Shown: piece after piece, positions 56,324 to 64,000 of the stretch | Layout: every line of letters begins with the position of its first letter | Numbering within the stretch: the stretch's first letter is position 1 | NCBI GenBank assembly: GCA_963677925.2 | Contig: CAXXYH010000003.1 | Span: 672,001 to 736,000, forward strand | Direction: 5' to 3' | Length of the DNA stretch: 64,000 nt | Source of the DNA: Spirochaetia bacterium | Lineage (GTDB): Bacteria; Spirochaetota; Spirochaetia; UBA9216 | Program-made: the position numbers and the translations under genes | The notes under the pieces: model-generated | What the model saw: the letters and a program-made list of their open reading frames with translations, nothing else | Database searches by the model: none | What the model was told of the DNA's origin: nothing

Positions 56324-57826
56324 CTATTGAAGCCCTTTCAGCATGGCGGATCCTGTGTCATTTATATACGCTGCGTACAGAATTGAAGTTCCTGCCGGAG
56401 TAAGATTGAATCCGGAATATGAACCAGCATCGGAAATAAACTCCGCACTGCCTCTCGCGGCATTCTGCCAGCCCTCATCCTCATCGAAATATTTAATCCA
56501 GGCAGCATCAGAACCGTCAACATAGAATACATACAGATATCCGTTATACCAGGCAGAGGCAAGAGTTCCTGTGTAAGCAGTGTTCGCGTCGGTTATGGAG
56601 GCATAAGCAGTCCAGCTGCTGTCCTCGTATTTCCTGACAACCAGCATATTTCCGCTGGTGACGTATACAGCATAGATTATTCCGCTGCCTGAAACAAAGA
56701 CAGCGAGACTGCTGCCCACTGTATCGGTGGAAACAGTGACGGAATCCTGAAGAACATCGGTATTGGTGTTGATTTCGTTCGTGTAGAGACCTCCGGCAGA
56801 AACTGTGTAGCCTACATACAAAGAACCGTTATTGGTAAACAGCTGGGTGAAATCGGAAACAGCTATAGGCAGCGGGCCTATATCCGGAACAGAGGCTCCG
56901 TCTGAATACACAATAATTTCATCTGGCGTAGTATCAGTAACAGCGTCAAGGTTAACTGCAGAAGTATAAAACTTGGTAGTAAATGTTCCCGAACTGACTG
57001 AACTTACATGATCAAGTAAATTATCAGCCAATTCCATGTTCAGAGAAGATTTCCACGAGTCTGAATCTGAATCATAATATTTTAAATTAAGGGTACCATC
57101 ATCAGCAGCAGTACCTATACTTAAATCAGAATCAAATGAATATGCAACATACAGGTCACCGGAATAGAAGGCTGAAACAGGATTGATTTTCGATGCAGTA
57201 ATACTTCCAGGACTTCCGGAAAGCGACGTCCATACCTTAGGGGGATTATCTTCTTCGGAGTCTTCCTCATCGGCATACTGCTTGACAGATATCGCACCGC
57301 TGGCAGCCGCTGTTACCGCGTACAGGACACCGCCTGAATAAACAAGATCAAGACTCACAGCATCATTTGTAATTTCCGAGTCTGTACTTGAAACACTGCT
57401 CCAGCTTCCGCTGTAGGTTGAAGCCTCAACAGCATCGCTCATTGCACTCTCGACCACCGTATCAGTAGCAGCCGCTGCGGTTACCCTGTAAGCGAATGTA
57501 CCGCCCTCGCCTTCCTCAAAGCTTTCAATATAGCTGAAACGGGTTTCCGAGCTTTCTTCATCTATGTAGCTGGTTACTGAAAACCCTGCATAGTCATAAT
57601 CCGACTCTGCAGAGTCAATAGAAGGTGCACGGTATACATAGTATATACCTGCATCCTCAACAGGCTGCCAGCTGATCTGTGTTCTATTGGGGTAATCGGG
57701 ATCCCCTTCCTCTGCAGCGAGATCTGCTGGGGCAGCAAGGCCGCTGACTCCGCAGCCGGAGAACAAAGCGATTATAATAATTATGAAAGGTATCAGCAGC
57801 ACAATGGATATATATTTTTTATTCAT
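56324..57826 (-). CDS. Acidic lipoprotein with FN3-like domain and beta-rich repeats
   Basis: Lipobox FSGC; ISWQPVEDAGIYYVYRA and AYRVTA; repeated LYVAY/LYVGY/IYAVY/LYVFY/LYAAY strands. Confidence 0.72.
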   Translation of the reverse strand: MNKKYISIVLLIPFIIIIIALFSGCGVSGLAAPADLAAEEGDPDYPNRTQISWQPVEDAGIYYVYRAPSIDSAESDYDYAGFSVTSYIDEESSETRFSYIESFEEGEGGTFAYRVTAAAATDTVVESAMSDAVEASTYSGSWSSVSSTDSEITNDAVSLDLVYSGGVLYAVTAAASGAISVKQYADEEDSEEDNPPKVWTSLSGSPGSITASKINPVSAFYSGDLYVAYSFDSDLSIGTAADDGTLNLKYYDSDSDSWKSSLNMELADNLLDHVSSVSSGTFTTKFYTSAVNLDAVTDTTPDEIIVYSDGASVPDIGPLPIAVSDFTQLFTNNGSLYVGYTVSAGGLYTNEINTNTDVLQDSVTVSTDTVGSSLAVFVSGSGIIYAVYVTSGNMLVVRKYEDSSWTAYASITDANTAYTGTLASAWYNGYLYVFYVDGSDAAWIKYFDEDEGWQNAARGSAEFISDAGSYSGFNLTPAGTSILYAAYINDTGSAMLKGLQ

Positions 57827-59616
57827 CAGAAACTGCCTCCTCCGATTGAAAACTCAAGTGTAAAACTCATGGTCGGCCCCTTCCAGTCATCACTGTTTCC
57901 GGATATTAGAGCTGCCGGATTGGTGTACTCATCACCTTCTTCTCCGAAGGTCATCCTCATCCCTGCCGAAGCAGATAAATAGTCCATAAAACTGTAGGAT
58001 ACAGTAGGTATAATCATTCCGGAAAGATCGGAAAGATTAGCAATACCAAGTGTTGAAAAACTGAGGTCGCTTCCTCCGATAGAGCTGTAGGAAACAGCCA
58101 GTCCGAGATAGTGTTTACCGAAATTTGTCAAATCATCAGTTCCAAGTGCAGGCGGATCTTCATAGCCCTCCGGCTGTTCATCCGCATCCAGGGCAAGACC
58201 GTTATCTCCGGAATTCAATGCAAGATGGTAGGCAGCTTCAAGAAGTCCGTCTTCATAACTGTGGCCTTCACTGTTATAGTAATACTGTCCAGTTACCATA
58301 AAAGTCCCGTTATCGCCTTCAAACTCATGCATATAGCTTGTACCGATTGTACCTGAAAGAAAAAATCCGCTGTCGACGGTATATGTGTCGAGAACTATAT
58401 CAAGATCATCCTCTTCATCTTCCTCAGCAGCGCTCTGATCCTTGGATTTTCTTACAAAAACCCTGTCCGACCCCCAGCTTGCCAGGCCCTCACCGAAGAC
58501 TGCAAAATCTCCGATAGTAGTGGAAACTGTCGCCACAGCACGCGGAGCGAGATCCCGCTGATAATATCCGCCGATTCCAATTTCGGTATTACCGACTACA
58601 AACTCATATTTAGGTGCAATAGCCGTATCAAGAGGTTCTTCAACATTTTCGGTTATCAGATATAAGTAAAGGTTATTGATATCTATTGGATAATGAATCT
58701 TCAGAGAAACCGGACCTTCAAGCTCGGCAGTCGGATCTTCAACATCAATCGATGTAAGATTCAGTACATCGGTGGGACTCCAGAAATAGCCGACGCCCCA
58801 TTTAATCGTACTTTTACCAAAACGGAAGTAGACTCTGTTATCCCAGTCAAAATCGGCAAATAATTCCTTAACACTTATATTTAATTCGGTACTGGTATCG
58901 GATGCTACATCTTCCTGGGTGATTGTTGTCTGGTTTGGATCCGATTCGTCCACATCCTCTGAATCAACTATCTGAAAAGTGGTGTTGCCGTCTTCATCGG
59001 TGACTTGTTCAAAAGTAAGTCCGTCATCCGGGATTATTGATGCAACAGTGTTGCTGTCTCCGCTTGCAGAAGTGAAGCCCAGCTTTCCGAAAACACGATA
59101 ATGTGTATCGGGTCGGGCATCAAAAAATAAATCGGCTGAAACAGATGGAGAGAGAGTCATTTCAGGGTTGCTTATGTCGAATGCAGGGTCCCAGAGGTAA
59201 TCGTAACTGAAACCGTTCGAAAGTGAACCGGAAAAAGAGCCTCCAAACTCAACGCCTTCCGATTTTAGAAACTCCTCAAAACTGCCGGTATCTTCCGATG
59301 CAGCTTCCTCATCGACAACTTCAATCATGGAGTCTGTATCAAACATGGAATCGAAATCATTTAAATCAGAATCCGGCAGTTCTTCATCCTCATCAGCCTC
59401 AGCAAACGGGTCATCGATTACTGCTGAAAGGTCATCATCCTCATCTGCGAATGGGTCGTCCACAATACTGAACATGTCATCCTCTTCACCAAAGGGATCA
59501 TCAATGACAGAAAGAATATCTTCATCAGCTTCCTGCGCAATGACAGTATTGACCGGCAGTAGCAGCAGAAGGAATATAAATAATCCGGCAGCCGGCCATA
59601 TTCCTGATTTTTTCAT
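57826..59616 (-). CDS. Putative outer-membrane beta-barrel protein with acidic N-terminus
   Basis: Signal peptide, D/E-rich N-terminus, ADLFFDARP, FRFGKSTIKWGVGYFWSP, amphipathic strands, terminal Phe. Confidence 0.68.
   Translation of the reverse strand: MKKSGIWPAAGLFIFLLLLLPVNTVIAQEADEDILSVIDDPFGEEDDMFSIVDDPFADEDDDLSAVIDDPFAEADEDEELPDSDLNDFDSMFDTDSMIEVVDEEAASEDTGSFEEFLKSEGVEFGGSFSGSLSNGFSYDYLWDPAFDISNPEMTLSPSVSADLFFDARPDTHYRVFGKLGFTSASGDSNTVASIIPDDGLTFEQVTDEDGNTTFQIVDSEDVDESDPNQTTITQEDVASDTSTELNISVKELFADFDWDNRVYFRFGKSTIKWGVGYFWSPTDVLNLTSIDVEDPTAELEGPVSLKIHYPIDINNLYLYLITENVEEPLDTAIAPKYEFVVGNTEIGIGGYYQRDLAPRAVATVSTTIGDFAVFGEGLASWGSDRVFVRKSKDQSAAEEDEEDDLDIVLDTYTVDSGFFLSGTIGTSYMHEFEGDNGTFMVTGQYYYNSEGHSYEDGLLEAAYHLALNSGDNGLALDADEQPEGYEDPPALGTDDLTNFGKHYLGLAVSYSSIGGSDLSFSTLGIANLSDLSGMIIPTVSYSFMDYLSASAGMRMTFGEEGDEYTNPAALISGNSDDWKGPTMSFTLEFSIGGGSF
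59404..59526 (-). repeat. Three tandem acidic DDPF peptide repeats
   Basis: DEDILSVIDDPF / EDDMFSIVDDPF / DDDLSAVIDDPF. Confidence 0.8.
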
Positions 59617-59617
59617 G

Positions 59618-60367
59618 TCAATTATTAACCCTTTCGATATAGGCTTTTGTAAATACAGAATCCGGAAGAGCGGCAGTTGAGGGATTTTTCATGGTCAGCT
59701 GGGTTCTCTCCCCTTCCTGAAGCTCATCAACAATCAGAATCTGGGCAGGGACAAACTTGGCGCCGACCTGAACATATTTTGGATAATATGAAGTTCTCAT
59801 AAGACGTCCCGACAGACTGTAATCTTCTTCTTTAAGGACAATAGTCTGATCAGTTCTAACCCATAATTTAATATTGGGATATGAAACCTCATTGTTCTTT
59901 GCCTTCAGATTGAGAATATAGGTTTCAAAATTTCCGAGTTTTCCGGTCTCCCAGAACTCAACGGTATAGTCTTCGGCAAGAGAAAGTCCGTCAATATCGG
60001 AGTTCTTGGCTTCCGAGTTCTGAATATTTTCTTTTAAGGATGAATGAGTAAATTTGCGGCTTTCCGGATCGTAGAACCAGACGTTTTCATCCACTTTAAG
60101 GTATCCCTGCCCTTTCTGAACTTCAGGCTTCAGAATGAGCATAACAAACTGCTCATTTGCATCACGTCTGAACATTCTGGCCTGGGTGACCTCAGTCTCT
60201 TCTCCCGGTTTTTCTGATACGAAAGTATATACGCATGAAAAATCGGTATCTTCAAAACTTCCCAGCTGGTCAATTTCTTTAAGCATTGCATTAAAATCAG
60301 GTTCAGCATAAAGACTGAATAAGGTAAATGCCGAAAGCAGTATCATTACAAAAGTTTTTCTGTTCAT
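59618..60367 (-). CDS. LolA-like outer-membrane lipoprotein-sorting protein
   Basis: Signal peptide; KGQGYLKVDENVWFYDP, YSLSGRLMRT, LPDSVFTKAYIE. Confidence 0.82.
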   Translation of the reverse strand: MNRKTFVMILLSAFTLFSLYAEPDFNAMLKEIDQLGSFEDTDFSCVYTFVSEKPGEETEVTQARMFRRDANEQFVMLILKPEVQKGQGYLKVDENVWFYDPESRKFTHSSLKENIQNSEAKNSDIDGLSLAEDYTVEFWETGKLGNFETYILNLKAKNNEVSYPNIKLWVRTDQTIVLKEEDYSLSGRLMRTSYYPKYVQVGAKFVPAQILIVDELQEGERTQLTMKNPSTAALPDSVFTKAYIERVNN

Positions 60368-60382
60368 ATTATCATCCTGTTA

Positions 60383-61696
60383 TCAGTTTGTAGTTCTAAG
60401 TGCGTCGGCAGGCTGAAGCTTTGCGGCTTTGTTTGAAGGGAAAAAGGCCGCAAGCAGAGTCAATCCGCTTACTACAGCAAAATTAAACAGCACCTGCAGA
60501 GCCGATATTCTGAAGGTCATGTATCCGTTTCTCATAAGCATAAATGCCGGAGTTTCAACTCCCCAGTAAATCTGCATCAGAATAAACATAGTAACTCCGG
60601 CCAGAATCAGGCCTGACAAAACACCAATCACTGAAATGAAAAAGGCTTCGTAAAGAAAAAGTTTCCGCACTATGCCTCTCTGCATTCCAACCGCACGCAT
60701 TGTTCCTATCTCTTTGGTTCTCTCCATCAGAACCATCCTGAAAGTATTGGTAACTCCAACCATAATTATTGCAAAAAGAACAAGCAGTATAATTAAAGCC
60801 GCAGTATTCAGCACATTAACAATCTGCTGTACCTCTTTCATAATGTCATTCAGCGTCATAAGACGGAAACGCAGCCCGCTCCATTCGTCTTCCTCTTCCT
60901 GTTCAAGCATTGCAAGAATAGGATTCTCATCGTCATCGGTTGCCTCACGGTCGAACATGTTAACCCTTGTTTTCAGGTTATCATAAAGGGCAGCAGCGGA
61001 TGAATCGATCTGATCCATGCTCTGCAGGAAAATTCCCATAGTCATGTATTCATCCTGCTGCAGGTTTAGAAGCTCGTTAACATAGGAAATGTTAGCATAA
61101 GAAGTAGTTGATCCGAAAAGGTTGGTATCTATCATGATACCGGTAACCCTGAGCTCTCCCGCATTCTGCTGTCCGGTGTAGGTTTTACATTTTACAAGAA
61201 GACTGTCCCCGACCTGAACATTCAGTCTGTCGGCTACCTTTTCACTCAGGATAATTCCATGCCGGTCATTCTCAAGATCTTCAAAAGTTCCATCTTTAAG
61301 AATTATCCTTTCCTTAAAATATTCCTCAATTCCCCAGTCCGCTCCGGTGATGCTTTGGCGTATGTTATTGCCTTCAAAAATCAGTGTTGCATTTATATCA
61401 GATCGCTTGGTTATATACTGCCAGGGAACTTCTGCTTCATCTATTGCAGACATAAGTATATCGTCATTTCGGACGAGAAAGAGAGTCTTTCCCGATTCAG
61501 ATTTTTCAACACCCTCAATAAATATATGACCGGCAAGAATATTAGAGAAGTTCTCACTCACATTTTCTATAAAACTGCCTGTAAATCCATTTATCATGGT
61601 TATAATATATATTCCGAAAGCAATTGCAGCTGAAAGAAGAATTGTTCTTTTTTTCTGCCGGGTAAGGTTCCGGAGTGAAATTTTTATATCACGCAT
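60383..61696 (-). CDS. FtsX/LolE-like ABC permease
   Basis: SLRNLTRQKKRT, ERTKEIGTMRAVG, KAAKLQPADALR. Confidence 0.92.
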   Translation of the reverse strand: MRDIKISLRNLTRQKKRTILLSAAIAFGIYIITMINGFTGSFIENVSENFSNILAGHIFIEGVEKSESGKTLFLVRNDDILMSAIDEAEVPWQYITKRSDINATLIFEGNNIRQSITGADWGIEEYFKERIILKDGTFEDLENDRHGIILSEKVADRLNVQVGDSLLVKCKTYTGQQNAGELRVTGIMIDTNLFGSTTSYANISYVNELLNLQQDEYMTMGIFLQSMDQIDSSAAALYDNLKTRVNMFDREATDDDENPILAMLEQEEEDEWSGLRFRLMTLNDIMKEVQQIVNVLNTAALIILLVLFAIIMVGVTNTFRMVLMERTKEIGTMRAVGMQRGIVRKLFLYEAFFISVIGVLSGLILAGVTMFILMQIYWGVETPAFMLMRNGYMTFRISALQVLFNFAVVSGLTLLAAFFPSNKAAKLQPADALRTTN

Positions 61697-61704
61697 AATT
61701 CCCC

Positions 61705-63216
61705 CTACTCACTCATCATAGCCTTGATTGGCTGAACTTTGAGAGCAAGTCTCAGCGGATAGATATTCGCAATCATGCCTATAAGCAGAATTATTATCCA
61801 TGACCCAAGCACTGAAAATACAGAGTATACCGGCTTAAGCACTGGTCCTGCAAAAAGTATTTCAAGGAAGGGATTTGTAGCTTCAAAGCCGATCAGTCCG
61901 ACTATCCATAAAACTATCACACCTGCAAGCATACCGATAAATCCGAAAATAACTGTTATTGTAATTACTTCTGCAGATATCATTCTGCGTATAAATCCCT
62001 TTCTTGCTCCCAGCGCCCGCATAGTACCAATCTCTGCAGTCCGTTCGACAACATTTATAACAAGTGTATTGGTCATTATGATTATGGCGACAACAGCTAC
62101 AAGTATAATTGCAACATTGAAGACAATCCGTATTACATCGGCTGTTGTCGAAAATGGTCCTGCGGCGGCCTTCCAGTCATAGGCTCTGGCATCTATACCT
62201 TCCTGAGAGAACCATAGATTCAGTTCAGCAATAGTCCTGGAAGCCGACGACGCTGTTCTTGTTTTAACGAGAATATATTCCCAGGTTGATGATTTATCTG
62301 AATCTTCAGGATCACTAAGCTCTGTTATTACAGACTCATCAGCAGTCTCTTCACCTGAATCAAGTTCGAGTATACTGAATAGATTATCTTCTGTCAGTTC
62401 AAAATCATTATCGGTCTCAAAGGTAATTTCATCTCCTGAAAAAACTGAATCAAAGCTGGATAGATCCAATAATGAGGTTTCATCTTCAGAAAGCTCTACT
62501 TCCCCCTGATTACCAAGATTCATCCCTTTAAGAACGCGAAGAGTCTGAGCATCTATATAGGAAATATATCCGGCAGCCTCGGAATCGAATTCAAGGCTGT
62601 ATATCCCGCGGATAGTAAGTTCTCGGATTTTAAATCCTGCCGATGCAGGGGATGTTATTATCAGCTTATCTCCGACACCCGTATCCATTTCAAATATTTC
62701 GTTAATTGTATCAAGATTGCTCTGTGATATTATCAGTCCCTCTTCACCCGGCTGGAGATAAGTTCCTTCTATTATAACGGCATTTGTGAAGATACGATGG
62801 TAGTCTTCAGGCTCTACTCCGAAAAGCAGACCCATGTAGGGGCCCTTATCTTCAGGGGCTCCTTCAATATTGATAATTCCGAAACCTGTTATCTGTGATG
62901 TGTAATCCTCTACTCCCGGTATCTCATCAAGATGCGATGTAATAAGATCGTATTCCGGAATTGTCGGTGTTTCTTCAAGACCTCCGGGAGACTGAACACC
63001 AAATAGCGAAATCTGGTTCTCAGTCACTCCGGTTATCATAATATTGCCGGTATAGTTGTCAATAAAACTGCGTTCTATTCCTGTCTGAATGGTATTGATC
63101 AGTGTATTTCCAATAACCAGGATCATCACCCCTACAGCCATAATAATACCAATAATAAGGCTCTTTGATCTGTGTTCCCTCAGGTTTCGAAGCGCTATTC
63201 TGAGAATTACGCCCAT
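61705..63216 (-). CDS. FtsX/LolE-like ABC permease
   Basis: ALRNLREHRSKS, ERTAEIGTMRALG; TGATG coupling to the ATPase stop. Confidence 0.92.
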   Translation of the reverse strand: MGVILRIALRNLREHRSKSLIIGIIMAVGVMILVIGNTLINTIQTGIERSFIDNYTGNIMITGVTENQISLFGVQSPGGLEETPTIPEYDLITSHLDEIPGVEDYTSQITGFGIINIEGAPEDKGPYMGLLFGVEPEDYHRIFTNAVIIEGTYLQPGEEGLIISQSNLDTINEIFEMDTGVGDKLIITSPASAGFKIRELTIRGIYSLEFDSEAAGYISYIDAQTLRVLKGMNLGNQGEVELSEDETSLLDLSSFDSVFSGDEITFETDNDFELTEDNLFSILELDSGEETADESVITELSDPEDSDKSSTWEYILVKTRTASSASRTIAELNLWFSQEGIDARAYDWKAAAGPFSTTADVIRIVFNVAIILVAVVAIIIMTNTLVINVVERTAEIGTMRALGARKGFIRRMISAEVITITVIFGFIGMLAGVIVLWIVGLIGFEATNPFLEILFAGPVLKPVYSVFSVLGSWIIILLIGMIANIYPLRLALKVQPIKAMMSE

Positions 63217-63935
63217 CAATCGGTCTCCCTGCATGCACGGCTGTCTTCCTGGCGGTAGTTCTCTGTAATCAGCCCGTCTCTAAGCCTGATAATATGATCG
63301 GCGACCTCAACAATTGACGGGTCATGTGTCGAAAAGATAAATGTAGTTCCAAGATCACGGTTTATCTTCTTCATAAGGGTGATGATAGCCTCGCTTGTAA
63401 CAGAATCAAGGTTGGCTGTAGGTTCATCTGCAAGGACAATTTCCGGTTTTGTTACCAGAGCCCGTGCAATAGCTACCCGCTGTCTCTGACCTCCTGACAA
63501 TTCATTCGGCTTATGGTTCCTCCATTCAGAAAGACCGACTTCTTCAATAAGCATATTTATCCAGTCGGCTTTTTCGGACTTCGAAATCTTTTCTTTCCCA
63601 AGCAGCATAGGAAACTCGATATTCTCATATACGTTCAGGACAGGAATCAGATTAAAACTCTGAAAGATAAATCCGAGAACCTGGTGTCTCAGCTTTGTAA
63701 TATCTGTATCTGAAAGGCCGCCGGTTTCAATACCGTTTATCATTACGCTGCCTTCAGTAGGAACATCTATACAACCAATCATGTTAAGGATTGTTGACTT
63801 CCCGGACCCCGAAGGTCCTGCAATTGATATAAAATCGCCGCGGCAAATTTCAAAACTGACTCCCTTTACGGCATGTACTTCTGTTTTTCCAAGCGGATAT
63901 ATTTTCTTCACATCCTTTAGTTCTACGATAGACAA
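63216..63935 (-). CDS. LolD/MacB-type ABC ATPase
   Basis: GPSGSGKST, GFIFQSFNL, LSGGQRQRVAIARAL, ADEPTANLD, STHD; TTG start with AAGGAG SD. Confidence 0.96.
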   Translation of the reverse strand: MSIVELKDVKKIYPLGKTEVHAVKGVSFEICRGDFISIAGPSGSGKSTILNMIGCIDVPTEGSVMINGIETGGLSDTDITKLRHQVLGFIFQSFNLIPVLNVYENIEFPMLLGKEKISKSEKADWINMLIEEVGLSEWRNHKPNELSGGQRQRVAIARALVTKPEIVLADEPTANLDSVTSEAIITLMKKINRDLGTTFIFSTHDPSIVEVADHIIRLRDGLITENYRQEDSRACRETD

Positions 63936-64000
63936 TTAATACTCCTTACCACAGATTTATAGGCTTCAACACATATAATTTTAAGATAATAAGACTTAAA

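Noticed and set aside
278-63713. Many short antisense or out-of-frame ORFs in the track (e.g. 278-586, 6629-7099, 12088-12633, 42594-43055, 46777-47271)
   Set aside because: They lie largely within well-supported genes and show no recognisable motifs, so they are treated as shadow ORFs
1-64000. CRISPR arrays, tRNA/rRNA genes, riboswitches, IS elements, integrases or prophage genes
   Set aside because: Intergenic gaps are short; no repeat-spacer pattern, cloverleaf, or transposase/integrase motif was seen by eye (small RNAs cannot be excluded without a covariance-model search)

Overview
Gene-dense chromosomal window, most likely from a free-living anaerobic spirochaete (Spirochaetales). This is inferred from the spirochaete-type gene orders def-fmt-PASTA, folP-cdaA-cdaR-acpS-DUF2225-truA-udg-priA and murC-yicC-cmk-rpoZ-miaA. 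No rRNA, tRNA, CRISPR array or transposase was seen. The strongest candidate for an undescribed system lies at ~36.4-42.0 kb. It comprises a MerR/GyrI regulator, a MerR-type promoter (19-bp spacer with operator), an activating enzyme, a glycyl-radical enzyme with a non-canonical Cys loop (GCLD) and a MatC/SLC13-like carboxylate transporter. This module sits inside a WYL-regulator/DNA-damage gene neighbourhood. Other signals read from the sequence: many apparently leaderless promoters, a Pho-box-like triple repeat before an EAL-CBS-GGDEF gene, a CRP/FNR-type site before a cupin gene, and a HisD with swapped Zn ligands. Also seen: a small basic Zn-finger protein that may be a spirochaete ribosomal protein, a decayed hydrolase fragment, and an ABC/LolA-like/outer-membrane protein/lipoprotein operon. 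All product calls come from motif recognition by eye; no database searches were run.
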